This document shows positions 44,792 through 54,425 of a DNA stretch of 64,000 bases, one piece after another. How positions within the stretch are numbered: the stretch's first letter is position 1; each line of letters starts with the position of its first letter. Both the position numbers and the translations under genes were made by a program. A model generated the notes under the pieces. The model was not told the DNA's origin and made no database searches. It saw nothing but the letters and a program-made list of their open reading frames with translations. Source of the DNA: a virus; the IMG/VR virus record IMGVR_UViG_2850695442_000001. The stretch is one strand, 5' to 3'.

Positions 44792-45454
44792 ATGAGTTTG
44801 AAAAAAATAATCATAGCGAGTTTGCTTTCATTAACGAGTTTAACTTTATTAAGTGCTTGCGGGAACTCACTCAAAAAAACGTCCCAATCAAAGAACGAGA
44901 AAACAGAACAGCTTTCACCAAATGTAAAAGACAAAGGAACATCAAAAACAAAAAATACTTTAAACGGTGGAACAATACAAACTGCGCCAAAAGTTTCATC
45001 TTCATCCAAACAAGTGGCTACTACGAAACCCTCATCTTCATCTGAAAGTGTAGCAGATAAAGAAGCACAGAATAAAAAAATTGTTACAGAATTCTTTGCG
45101 GATTATCTTACTTTCAACACTTCAACAATGCCTGCTTATCAGCGTGCAGAAAATATGCTTAAACTTTCCAATGAGAAAGTCGTCAATTACTTAATGCCTA
45201 ATGTCCTAGCTAATGGAAACAATGTCAGAGAGTCCATTAACTATACACAATCTTATATATCACCGATTATCATTAAAAATTCTAGTCAAGCACAGTACCA
45301 ATATGATGTGACAGTAGAGTACAAAACTTCTATTGCCGGTAATGATAATCAAACGAAAGAAATGTATTCTTTGAGCCTTCAAAACGGCAAAGTAAGTGTG
45401 ATTAAAAAAGATGTGACTTGGATATGGAATCCGAGTACAAAGTCGTATCAATAG
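44792..45454 (+). CDS. conjugation-associated lipoprotein (NTF2-like C-terminal domain)
   Basis: Lipobox LLSAC after a signal peptide, Ser/Thr/Lys linker, beta-rich C-terminus. Confidence 0.65.
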   Translation: MSLKKIIIASLLSLTSLTLLSACGNSLKKTSQSKNEKTEQLSPNVKDKGTSKTKNTLNGGTIQTAPKVSSSSKQVATTKPSSSSESVADKEAQNKKIVTEFFADYLTFNTSTMPAYQRAENMLKLSNEKVVNYLMPNVLANGNNVRESINYTQSYISPIIIKNSSQAQYQYDVTVEYKTSIAGNDNQTKEMYSLSLQNGKVSVIKKDVTWIWNPSTKSYQ

Positions 45455-45470
45455 CGAATGGGAGAATAAA

Positions 45471-46058
45471 ATGAAGATGAGAGATGAAATAGAAATAAGC
45501 TTCATCAATATAGGGAAAAGTATTATTTCTGAAACCAAGATAAAAGATATAGGTCAGCCTTTATCCATTACCCTATTACTAGCAATGATTATCAATCATA
45601 ACGCTCTCCTACTAGCAAGTAATGTTATTCTATTAGCCTTATTTTTGATTGTATTATTTAGGATAGGAAAGGGAATTATTTCTTATTTTAATACACAAGA
45701 TATGCTAGAAAGTGTAGAAGAACGCTTCAAAAAACAGAATGACGTCGTGAATAGTTTTGAAGTGGCAATGCTTGGTATTGGAACGTTGTTCAACTTTGTC
45801 TATGAGACAGTGAGACTAACAGTTTTATTCCTTGTATTCATAATTTTTTGGACTGCTGTGATGGCGGAACCCAGCGAATTGAGTGATTTTTTGAAAGAAA
45901 TGAATAGTGGAAACATGATGACGCTTTTTCAGATAGTGTTGGGTTGGCGATGTGTATGGTCGGGCTTTAAACTAGTCATAAGCCTTTACTCTAACAAGAA
46001 AGCACATATTTGGAACAATAAGTTTTTTGACTACTGCAATGCATTGCTTAATCATTGA
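45471..46058 (+). CDS. multi-TM membrane protein
   Basis: About four hydrophobic segments. Confidence 0.65.
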   Translation: MKMRDEIEISFINIGKSIISETKIKDIGQPLSITLLLAMIINHNALLLASNVILLALFLIVLFRIGKGIISYFNTQDMLESVEERFKKQNDVVNSFEVAMLGIGTLFNFVYETVRLTVLFLVFIIFWTAVMAEPSELSDFLKEMNSGNMMTLFQIVLGWRCVWSGFKLVISLYSNKKAHIWNNKFFDYCNALLNH

Positions 46059-46116
46059 AAAAGAACGCTGATAAGCGTTTTTTTATTGGAGAGCATTGTT
46101 GAAAATGTTCGACAAA

Positions 46117-46154
46117 GGACTTATTTCCTGAAAAAAATAGAACCGTGAGATAAT
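46117..46154 (+). promoter_or_regulatory. GGACTT-N26-GATAAT motif, copy 8
   Basis: aaGGACTTatttcctgaaaaaaatagaaccgtgaGATAAT. Confidence 0.75.
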
Positions 46155-46190
46155 GAAAGTATCAAATTAAAATGAAAGAGGAACCCATTT

Positions 46191-46436
46191 ATGGCTTCTA
46201 AGTTAGCGGTAATCGCACTTTTAGACACTTGCGGAATTTTACAAGAACAAACTTCCCTTGCCTTTTCTGATTTAAAAAGAAAAATAAAAATTTGCGATGA
46301 CTTTGAATTTCTCAGTTTAATTATTGAGCAAAAAGAACCTCATGAAACGAGACTGAGTGATGCTCAAAAAAAAGAACTTTCTAATCTTGCTCGTACAGTT
46401 GTTCAAATTTTGAGACACAAAAAAGTGATTGCTTAG
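46191..46436 (+). CDS. hypothetical protein
   Basis: RBS GAGG; 81 aa. Confidence 0.55.
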   Translation: MASKLAVIALLDTCGILQEQTSLAFSDLKRKIKICDDFEFLSLIIEQKEPHETRLSDAQKKELSNLARTVVQILRHKKVIA

Positions 46437-46452
46437 AAAGTAGGAAAAGACG

Positions 46453-47070
46453 TTGCTAGATTTCATTTGGATAATTATTGTCATTATCGTGCTTACTTGT
46501 CTTTCGAGCTTTCTTATACTTTCGCGGAAGAAGAGCAGACTGAGCCGATGGCAAAGAATACTCATTACTCTCTCAATTTTTTTTATTGCTTTCCCCTTGC
46601 GTTTGTTTTTGGTTTGGGATTTATTTACAAAACCTGCACCTTTTATTCAAACTCTGCAATATGCTTCGAAGGCAAATATACAAAAAGAATTGCCATTGTT
46701 GATGAATAATACGCATCATGAAAGTCAGATAGATTTTTCTAAGCCTCAATTTATCATCTTGTATAAAGTTGGTTGTCCTTATTGTAATGCAGCACATCAG
46801 ACGATTGAACAGGAGATAAAAGACTTACCACGCGCACAAGTCCATTTTGTGGAAGTAAGAAGCCATTTAGGAAAACAACTTGTCCAACGCTATCAAGTAC
46901 AAAAAGCACATACAATTATTGTGACACGTCCTAAAACAGATGAAAGCACACTTTTTGAAGAAGCCCAAGCAGTATTAAATAGTGAGCATCAATTAGTGTT
47001 TTCTGCGGATAAGAGTAGTATTCAAGAAGCTATTCAATATTTCAAAGGAGAAAATTCAAAAGGAAAGTAA
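46453..47070 (+). CDS. membrane-anchored thioredoxin-fold protein
   Basis: Two N-terminal TMs and LYKVGCPYC (CxxC). Confidence 0.75.
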   Translation: MLDFIWIIIVIIVLTCLSSFLILSRKKSRLSRWQRILITLSIFFIAFPLRLFLVWDLFTKPAPFIQTLQYASKANIQKELPLLMNNTHHESQIDFSKPQFIILYKVGCPYCNAAHQTIEQEIKDLPRAQVHFVEVRSHLGKQLVQRYQVQKAHTIIVTRPKTDESTLFEEAQAVLNSEHQLVFSADKSSIQEAIQYFKGENSKGK

Positions 47071-47084
47071 TGATAATAAAACCT

Positions 47085-47315
47085 ATGGGACAGCACCGAA
47101 AAACTCGGTATTTTAATGCCGAGATGAAAGACGCATTACTGTTAATTTGCCTGACGGATTTTGTCTCCGTGAGATAATAAGAGAGGAAGTTGATACTTAA
47201 CATTGCGATTGAAACATTAAGACCCTCTAACATGATTAAAAATCACAAACTTGCTCGCTCTATTGCAAGAGCAGGCTGGCGACAATTCACCAATCAGTTG
47301 GAATATAAAGCCCAA
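47085..47315 (+). mobile_element. remnant of a second tnpB element (left end fused to an internal tnpB fragment)
   Basis: Roughly 80% similar to 14826-14941, including the CTCGGTATTTTAATGCCGAG hairpin. From 47201 it encodes [38 protein letters not shown]. Confidence 0.85.
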
Positions 47316-47365
47316 CCGTTTGCCAAGCCTAACGGTTTTGGTAAAAATTAAGAAAGGAATTCAAA

Positions 47366-48688
47366 GTGAGAGATATAAAAACAACACTTTTTACCCGACT
47401 ACTTCCAAAATACTTAAAAAAGAATAAAAATAGTGAAGAGGATGCCCCTGTTATTGTTATCCCTTCACTCATAAATTTGGAAACATTAAAAGGCAACATT
47501 TCACTTGATTTATCATTCTATAAAGAAAATCATGCCCCTAAAAAGTACCTCACTTCGTCAGACTATGAAGAGGTTTATTTTTCGGATATTAAAGATGACC
47601 CGATTGCGTTTGAACTGCTACGTTTCTTAGCTAAAGTAACTTTTGCCCATAAATTACAAGTAGAGCATTATATGCTTTCTTACTGTGAAGCATTAACAGA
47701 AATCGTTGCCCCAAAGTTACGTGAGAAAGCTTTGGATAAAACGATTATCAAATTACAAAAGAATAATCTTTTGAGAAAGATGATTTATACAGGTTCTGAC
47801 AAGACACCATTTGATGTACCTATTTTATCCTTGACAGGTGAGGGCTATCGTTTTGCAAAACATTTGCGTGCGCAGCTTGGTATTAATTATTTTATTGCTT
47901 CGCCTGATAGCTACCTTGAAAGAGTTCCGCGTGCTTTTGCGCGTGCATGGTCTATCGTGGATGTCTTTTTGGCATCCCTTGCTTTAAAGAACTTTAGAGG
48001 TTATGAAAGTCATTTCACAGGATTTTCTGATGCGGAAATAAACTATTCTACACCTGTGTCTAACTGCGTAATAACCTTTGAACTCGCTTCTCATGTCAAG
48101 ACATCCCTTTTTGCTTATACTTACTTTGAAAATGATAATCCTTTCTATCTCAAACAAGCCATTAAAGCCTGGATAGGTATTGCAGAAAATTACTCTAATA
48201 AAAGTATTCCCGGATTTGAGGGGGACATTAACCTTTTTGCGGTCATTGTACAAACACGTGAAATGGCAGAGTTTATCAATCAACAATTCGGGTTAGACCA
48301 ACTGCCCTATCCTCCTGTTTTAATTATTCTTGAAATGATGCAAGACCAAAGCATTGAAGAAGCTTTTGTTTTCTGGGATAAAAATGGGAAACTTTCAAAA
48401 TTAGCTTTAACGGCAAAACAACCTTTTAAGGAAAGTAAGCCATTGGAACCTATTGAACCTATTGAAAAACCAAAAACAACCCTTTCTGAGGCTTTATCCG
48501 AAAAGCCGGATGAAGAAATAGAAACAGGTGCTGAGCAAGAAAAATCAATATCTGAAGTTGAGAATACGTTAGAAAATCAAAATGATGATGAAGTTGAAGA
48601 AGAAATCTTGTACGAGGAAAGCGAAGATATTGACGATGAAGTGATTGAAGAATCAACAGATGATGACGATTTTGAAGGGAGCTGGTAA
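47366..48688 (+). CDS. hypothetical protein (wHTH, possibly Replic_Relax-like) with acidic tail
   Basis: LLRFLAKVTFA...IIKLQKNNLLRK...LSLTGEGYRFA wHTH-like segment; family call is tentative. Confidence 0.55.
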   Translation: MRDIKTTLFTRLLPKYLKKNKNSEEDAPVIVIPSLINLETLKGNISLDLSFYKENHAPKKYLTSSDYEEVYFSDIKDDPIAFELLRFLAKVTFAHKLQVEHYMLSYCEALTEIVAPKLREKALDKTIIKLQKNNLLRKMIYTGSDKTPFDVPILSLTGEGYRFAKHLRAQLGINYFIASPDSYLERVPRAFARAWSIVDVFLASLALKNFRGYESHFTGFSDAEINYSTPVSNCVITFELASHVKTSLFAYTYFENDNPFYLKQAIKAWIGIAENYSNKSIPGFEGDINLFAVIVQTREMAEFINQQFGLDQLPYPPVLIILEMMQDQSIEEAFVFWDKNGKLSKLALTAKQPFKESKPLEPIEPIEKPKTTLSEALSEKPDEEIETGAEQEKSISEVENTLENQNDDEVEEEILYEESEDIDDEVIEESTDDDDFEGSW

Positions 48689-48691
48689 TCA

Positions 48692-49669
48692 ATGGGAATC
48701 ACACTTTATTTAGAAGCAAATTTTATCACAAATAAATCTCAGAACCCTTTTTTCTCTAAGATTATTAACAGTGCAGGAAATTTGCTTTATGTCGCAAGTT
48801 CTTATTTGCAAGGAACAGATGCTTTTCTTGAGGGTAAGCTTAAAGCCTCACAACAGTTTATTCAAACACCAGAGGAAAAACTAGACGAAAGTATTGCAGG
48901 GGGTATCATTGAGGAAAATTGCACAATGTTTATTGATGATGCTTTAGGCGATTTGAAAAAAAGTACCTTGACAAAGTTATTAAATTCTAATGTACGTGCC
49001 ATCTTTATTCTTGCTCGTTTCGAGGATTGGTTACATGGACCAGAGAATAAATATACGCTATCAAATGGCTTCGACTCCTTCTTAATTTCACGTCCTGTGA
49101 TTACCAATCCTCAACGTCTCCTAGAATTTGTGAATATCTTTCCAGAAGCAGAAGAAAAAGTATTAGACTGGGTGGAACATCCGAGAAAATTGCCGGTAAA
49201 TAGCTATTATGTCTTTAATAAGCAACAATTTAAAGGAGTGGACTATTTTTCTATCTTTGACCCACGGACAGTCTCTTTCATCTCCCTAGAAGAAAGTAAG
49301 CAAATGTTAGCGCGTGATGATAAGAGTCAGTTGTATTTCAATACCTTAGCGAAACGCTTGAAGGAGTTGACAACCCTCGTCACAACACAAGGAGAGAACC
49401 TGAACCATTTAAAGCAAGAACTAGCAGGTCTCACTCAAAAAGAAAAGGACACAACAGAATTAAAGGAAAAAGTGTCAGAAGCGTTGACAGAAAACTTCCA
49501 ACCCCTACATAATGAATTATTGGAACTTATTCAAAAAAGTGCCACTAACCAAGAAAATGCTGAGAAACTATTACAAAAATTAATAGAACACCAACATATT
49601 GAACTGGAAGAAAAGAAAACCATCACAAATAATGTGAAACAAACTTCTCTTGAAGAATTGTTCAGCTAG
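48692..49669 (+). CDS. hypothetical protein with C-terminal coiled coil
   Basis: 325 aa, in an operon with the previous gene. Confidence 0.65.
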   Translation: MGITLYLEANFITNKSQNPFFSKIINSAGNLLYVASSYLQGTDAFLEGKLKASQQFIQTPEEKLDESIAGGIIEENCTMFIDDALGDLKKSTLTKLLNSNVRAIFILARFEDWLHGPENKYTLSNGFDSFLISRPVITNPQRLLEFVNIFPEAEEKVLDWVEHPRKLPVNSYYVFNKQQFKGVDYFSIFDPRTVSFISLEESKQMLARDDKSQLYFNTLAKRLKELTTLVTTQGENLNHLKQELAGLTQKEKDTTELKEKVSEALTENFQPLHNELLELIQKSATNQENAEKLLQKLIEHQHIELEEKKTITNNVKQTSLEELFS

Positions 49670-49678
49670 TTTCCAAAA

Positions 49679-49716
49679 GGACTTTTACCCCCGTCCTTTT
49701 TTCTTTGTGAGAGAAT
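49679..49716 (+). promoter_or_regulatory. GGACTT-N26-GAGAAT variant, copy 9
   Basis: aaaaGGACTTttacccccgtccttttttctttgtgaGAGAAT. Confidence 0.65.
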
Positions 49717-49744
49717 AATGATATAAAAACAAAAAGGAAAATGT

Positions 49745-50716
49745 ATGACAGTAAGAAAGATAAGTATTTTATTTATAGCTTCACTATTACTTTGTAGTTC
49801 AATTCCTGTAGCAGCCACACCACAGACTACAGGTGAAGCAAAACAGGATATTCTCACGACACAAGCTACAGCACAAAAGCAACTTAATCAAAGTAAGCTC
49901 ATTCAAATAAAGATTGATAAGCTCAATAAAGAAGTGACGACAGAACAGAGTGTTTTAAAAGAAGAGGCGCGTGAAGTCCAAACCAGTCAGTTAGGTTCAG
50001 GAAATAATATTATCTCTATTGTGGCGAATTCAAAGAATTTATCTGATTTTTTGATGAAAATGAATGGCATCTCCACCTTACAAAAGCAACAAGCACTACA
50101 AATTGCAGCACAAAATAAAACGCTTGTCGATTTAAAAGGACAGAAAAAGAAGTCTGATGATGCGATAGAAAAAGCAAATCAAGCGCTAAAAGAAGCACAA
50201 ACAGAATATAATACACTCTCTGCCAAAGAAAAAGCTGAATTTCTTAAAGCACAAGAAAACAAAGCCAGTGATAATATTCTCCAGTCTGTCCCAGTTTCCA
50301 ATACTAAAACTACCGCATCAGAAGTTCAATCTGCCCTAACAGCTTCGAACACTATAGTATCTTCAAGTAGTAGCAATGCAGCCAAGATTATCAGCGTCGC
50401 AAAACAATATTTGGGTGTCCCTTATGTCTGGGGAGGCACAACACCTTCCGGTTGGGATTGTTCCGGCTTTACCTCTTTTGTTTATCGACAAGCACTCGGC
50501 ATGGAAATTGGACGCACAACCTACAACCAAATGGCTTCGGGGCACTCCATCCCATTTAGTCAGGCTCAGCCAGGGGATTTGTTGATTTTTGATGGTGGTG
50601 GACATGTTGGTATTTACCTAGGAAATAACGAGATGATTAATGCAGAGAATCCATCTGTCGGTACAGTCATTGCCAGTCTTACTTATTGGCAACCAGATTA
50701 TGCCTTAACCTATTAG
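49745..50716 (+). CDS. secreted coiled-coil NlpC/P60 (C40) peptidoglycan endopeptidase (PcsB/CwlO-like)
   Basis: Signal peptide, coiled coil, YLGVPYVWGGTTPSGWDCSGFTSFVY, GHVGIY. Confidence 0.92.
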   Translation: MTVRKISILFIASLLLCSSIPVAATPQTTGEAKQDILTTQATAQKQLNQSKLIQIKIDKLNKEVTTEQSVLKEEAREVQTSQLGSGNNIISIVANSKNLSDFLMKMNGISTLQKQQALQIAAQNKTLVDLKGQKKKSDDAIEKANQALKEAQTEYNTLSAKEKAEFLKAQENKASDNILQSVPVSNTKTTASEVQSALTASNTIVSSSSSNAAKIISVAKQYLGVPYVWGGTTPSGWDCSGFTSFVYRQALGMEIGRTTYNQMASGHSIPFSQAQPGDLLIFDGGGHVGIYLGNNEMINAENPSVGTVIASLTYWQPDYALTY

Positions 50717-50728
50717 AAAGGACGAGTC

Positions 50729-50854
50729 ATGTTCATCATCTATTTTTTAATTGCTGCTTTAGCGGTTTGCGTGGGAATCTTTGCAATCATCATGGGAATC
50801 ATTGGGTTCATAGCACTTGCCGTTGAAGCTATTTTAGATAAATTGGGAGACTAG
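50729..50854 (+). CDS. small hydrophobic peptide (41 aa)
   Basis: RBS GAAAGGA; MFIIYFLIAALAVCVGIFAIIMGIIGFIALAVEAILDKLGD. Confidence 0.55.
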   Translation: MFIIYFLIAALAVCVGIFAIIMGIIGFIALAVEAILDKLGD

Positions 50855-50875
50855 CAGTTTTAATGATGAAAGAAA

Positions 50876-50913
50876 GGACTTGTTTTAAGCTCCTTTTTTA
50901 ATTTTGGGATAAT
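50876..50913 (+). promoter_or_regulatory. GGACTT-N26-GATAAT motif, copy 10
   Basis: Upstream of the pilin-like gene. Confidence 0.75.
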
Positions 50914-50950
50914 TAAACAGTATAAAATTAAATTCTTTAAAGGAGAAAAA

Positions 50951-51502
50951 ATGAAAGATGTTTTTTCTGGTATCTATACGGTCATCAACAACAACTTACC
51001 AATCATCGTATGGATTATGTTGGGAGCTTTTATCGCATTATTTCTTGTTGCCATTGGCTTTGCGGTCGTAAAGCTAATTTTTGGAGGACAAGATGGAGTA
51101 CATGCTGCTCGCCAGTCTATTGGTAAAATTCTTACAGGGGCATTGATTGCCCTCCTAGCATCTGCTTTAGCACATGGCGCGCAAACTGCTCTAAAAGCTG
51201 TCAAGATTGCAAATATCACGGTTGCTGGTGGAGGGAAAGCACAAGATGTGGTCGATACGATTGTGAGTGCAGGAAATGCCATTTTAGCATTGTTGATTGC
51301 TTTTATTCTAGTTGGAATTGTTCTTACTTGTATTGGAGCTGCCTTGATGTTCTTGGGTGGAGAAGATATGGCAAAGAAAGGGAAAACGATGTTGATGACG
51401 TGTATCATCGCTGTTGTCATTATGTTAATCGCACTCCCTGTTTCTAAAATCATATCAGATGCTTTATTAAATGGTTATAAACCACTTGATATTACAGGCT
51501 AG
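50951..51502 (+). CDS. TrbC/VirB2-like membrane protein with two tandem pilin-like units
   Basis: Two TM-GG(Q/E)D-amphipathic-TM modules: LIFGGQDGVHAARQSIGKILTG and MFLGGEDMAKKGKTMLMTCIIA. Confidence 0.65.
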   Translation: MKDVFSGIYTVINNNLPIIVWIMLGAFIALFLVAIGFAVVKLIFGGQDGVHAARQSIGKILTGALIALLASALAHGAQTALKAVKIANITVAGGGKAQDVVDTIVSAGNAILALLIAFILVGIVLTCIGAALMFLGGEDMAKKGKTMLMTCIIAVVIMLIALPVSKIISDALLNGYKPLDITG

Positions 51503-51512
51503 AGATAAAGAA

Positions 51513-51550
51513 GGACTTGTTTGAGTCCTTCTTTTGTGTTGCGAGATAAT
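51513..51550 (+). promoter_or_regulatory. GGACTT-N26-GATAAT motif, copy 11 (perfect inverted repeat AAGAAGGAC/GTCCTTCTT)
   Basis: Upstream of ORF 51658 and the virB6-like gene. Confidence 0.75.
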
Positions 51551-51657
51551 GAGACCAAACCACTTTTGAAAGGGGGGTTATCATCAAATTCAAATTTAAT
51601 ACGCTGTTAGTCAAGGGAAAGAAAGTTGTTTTTCCTTGGGTCAATCTGGCGCGTCCA

Positions 51658-52005
51658 TTGATGATAGAAGAATTCATAGGAATTGCGAATGACCTGCAAT
51701 TAAAGGCTATCCAGTTTTTAGATAATGACCTTGAAAGCTCACTTATGATAAGTCTTACTATTTCTACGGAAGACTATGCGGTGCGCCCACAAACAATTAC
51801 TATAAAATGGGACATTCAGACAATCACACTTCCTGCTCTTACGTTGATAATTACGGCAATGCTTGAACTCTGTTATCACACTAAAATTGAAACAGAAAAT
51901 GCGGAACTGTTAGGGCATTGGATATGGGAGGTCCGTCAACTTTTGGAAGAACTCTATACTATCAAAGTGGAGATAGAACAGGAGGAAGGCAACCATGCGG
52001 TTTAA
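51658..52005 (+). CDS. hypothetical protein
   Basis: 115 aa, overlapping the next gene. Confidence 0.55.
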   Translation: MMIEEFIGIANDLQLKAIQFLDNDLESSLMISLTISTEDYAVRPQTITIKWDIQTITLPALTLIITAMLELCYHTKIETENAELLGHWIWEVRQLLEELYTIKVEIEQEEGNHAV

Positions 52006-54298
52006 AAAAACGAAAATTGGCGGGCTCTTGGTTTCATTCACTTTCTTGTTAAGTCTCCGTATCCAAGCGTTTGCGGATGATAGCTTGATGTCAAAAGATT
52101 CTGCAGAAGCAATTAAGCACATTCGAGCTTGGCAAGATTATGTGAGCACGCAAAGTGTCATTTGGGATATCTTTCGCTTGATAGGATGGGGAATTGTTAA
52201 ATTTTTCTTTTCTATCAACCAAGCTTTGGCTGACTTCATGACATGGTACATCTCTCCCGCAAAAGGAATTTTCAGTATTCTTAGCCAAGGGTCAAGCGCT
52301 AAAGCTTCTGTGAGTGACCAAATTGCAGCAAGTCCCTTTGCTTTCTTGTTTTTTGTAGGGACAGCGGTCATTGTTGTGGGAGTGACGATTGCGATTGCTC
52401 TTAATGCTTTTCATTATTTTACTGGCAAAGGACGTCCAGTCAACGAACTCATTATGACGCTTCTCAAAAATGCGGGAATTATTATGTTGGCTCCCTATAT
52501 GCTTATGTTTGGACTTTTGATATTCCAGTCGCTTTCTTCAGCAGTAGGATTTACCAATAGCACGACAACAGATGCCAATGGTCTCAAAGTGACGCTTGCT
52601 TCTCAAATGATAGGAAATAATCTTATTGATGCAGAAGACGCCAATGCTCAAGACTTACCTATTTATGGGAAAGCAAAATATGAAGAAGATACGACAATTA
52701 AGGGAAATTATGGAGAATCAAACCTCAATCCTTTTCGACTCATTCCGATTGGAGCGATTGCTGGTTCAGGTTATGCCGTTGGTAGTGAGGGAGGTGTAGA
52801 AGCCTACACTAAACCGTCTGATATTTATAATATTGACATCAACCAAATCGTAAAAAATAGTCCCTATAACAGTGACAATCATACATCCACAGACTGGGTT
52901 CACGCAGCACACGGAGACTTTGGTTCAAAGGTTTCAGATTTTTTCTCTTCGGGTAATGCGGATGTAGATAAAGAAAACCTAATCATTTATACAGCACGTA
53001 ATATAGACTTGAATGAAAATCCAAATCCAGATAAAAAAGCAAGCTATTATCTGGACTCACGGACATCGGGCATTCCAAGTATTAGTGCTGGTGTTTATGT
53101 TTGGCACGTTTCATGGCTTCCTATTATTATTGGTGAGTTTGCGCTCACAATGGTTTATATTTTTGCTATCTTTAAAATTGCTAAGATTGCTTGGGAATTT
53201 ATCAATCTTTTAATTTTAGGCATTCCAACAGGCGCAGTAAAAATAGGAACAGAAGAAGGGGCAAGGTTTATTCTTGATGAGACCTTTGAAATGTTACTTT
53301 CTCTGTTTATGACCGTTATTGGTGTCAACATGTTTATTGGATTTTCAACGGTTATTGGGACATTGGTAAGTGGTTGGCAAGCTTCGGGGATGTATGAAAA
53401 TCTTCTTAAATCTGTAATAACGCCTATCTTGCTTTTGATGTTTGCAGGCTTCTCTCGTGAAGACCCACGGTTCTGGCGTGCTTCGGGTGCGATGCAGGGA
53501 AATTCCAATATGGGAATGACAACACGAGGTCTCGTGGGAAGTATGATGGCAATGAATGCGGCAAAATCTGCGATTGGAGGTGTCACACGTCTTGGAAAGA
53601 ATGTAGTTGGTTCAGATATTAAAGGTGCTATGCAACGTTCTGCTGCACAAAATGGAGGGAAAACGACCATAGGTGGAACATTGGCAAATCTTCGAGGAGC
53701 GCGTGCAGCTTCCTTTATGGGAGGTAAAGTTAATCGTGGTTTTCAGGAGGGGATGAATGCTTATCATAAATCTTCTGCAAAAACAGCTCGAAAGAATGCA
53801 GAGCATCATGACAATAGTAAAGGCAAAATAAAAGCTGCTGCTGTTGGTCTTGGAGCAGGGATTATTTCTCCCGGAATAGAAGCGGCAGGTTCTATTCGCA
53901 AGGGTTCTCGAAACTTTGGTAAAACAATGATGAAAAATACAAGTGTAGCTAAGCGAACGGGGGCTTCTGAGAAAATGAATGAAGCTGTTCGAAATGGTGA
54001 TGATAGAAAACTAGAGCATTTAGAAAATAAAGCGAAGGCAAAGCAAGATGCTGTACGTTATTCAATCCCACATAGACATGACATCTCTGCTGTTCGTAAG
54101 GCTAATAAAGCAACAACAAGAGCGTATGAAACAGAATCTAAAATAGGTCTTGCACGGGAATATGCCGCCTATGTTAGCTTACCACCTAAAGCACAAAAAG
54201 AAATGAGATTTGAGGAAGTTAATCGTCATCCATTGCACGAGGTAAATGTGGATAGCAATATGTCATTGCCGCCTAAGCGTCCTACAAAAAAATATTAA
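51995..54298 (+). CDS. VirB6/TrbL-like (pLS20_p028-type) polytopic T4SS channel protein
   Basis: Signal peptide, WDIFRLIGWGIVKFF, about 7 TMs, Gly/Ala-rich basic cytoplasmic tail. Confidence 0.75.
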   Translation: MRFKKTKIGGLLVSFTFLLSLRIQAFADDSLMSKDSAEAIKHIRAWQDYVSTQSVIWDIFRLIGWGIVKFFFSINQALADFMTWYISPAKGIFSILSQGSSAKASVSDQIAASPFAFLFFVGTAVIVVGVTIAIALNAFHYFTGKGRPVNELIMTLLKNAGIIMLAPYMLMFGLLIFQSLSSAVGFTNSTTTDANGLKVTLASQMIGNNLIDAEDANAQDLPIYGKAKYEEDTTIKGNYGESNLNPFRLIPIGAIAGSGYAVGSEGGVEAYTKPSDIYNIDINQIVKNSPYNSDNHTSTDWVHAAHGDFGSKVSDFFSSGNADVDKENLIIYTARNIDLNENPNPDKKASYYLDSRTSGIPSISAGVYVWHVSWLPIIIGEFALTMVYIFAIFKIAKIAWEFINLLILGIPTGAVKIGTEEGARFILDETFEMLLSLFMTVIGVNMFIGFSTVIGTLVSGWQASGMYENLLKSVITPILLLMFAGFSREDPRFWRASGAMQGNSNMGMTTRGLVGSMMAMNAAKSAIGGVTRLGKNVVGSDIKGAMQRSAAQNGGKTTIGGTLANLRGARAASFMGGKVNRGFQEGMNAYHKSSAKTARKNAEHHDNSKGKIKAAAVGLGAGIISPGIEAAGSIRKGSRNFGKTMMKNTSVAKRTGASEKMNEAVRNGDDRKLEHLENKAKAKQDAVRYSIPHRHDISAVRKANKATTRAYETESKIGLAREYAAYVSLPPKAQKEMRFEEVNRHPLHEVNVDSNMSLPPKRPTKKY

Positions 54299-54359
54299 TA
54301 TAAAAACAGAAGGAAAGCCCTATTTTTAGAGTTTTTCTTTTTATTAAGAGTGTAAAGAA

Positions 54360-54397
54360 GGACTTGTTTCAAGCTTCTTTTTTTATTTTGAGATAAT
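54360..54397 (+). promoter_or_regulatory. GGACTT-N26-GATAAT motif, copy 12
   Basis: Upstream of the trsD-like/virB4 operon. Confidence 0.75.
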
Positions 54398-54425
54398 CAA
54401 AAAGAAAGACAAAGGAGGTACTTTT

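Noticed and set aside
47366-48688. Calling this gene the relaxase
   Set aside because: No HUH (3H) or Rep_trans/MOBT motifs were recognised. Only a tentative wHTH resemblance remains.
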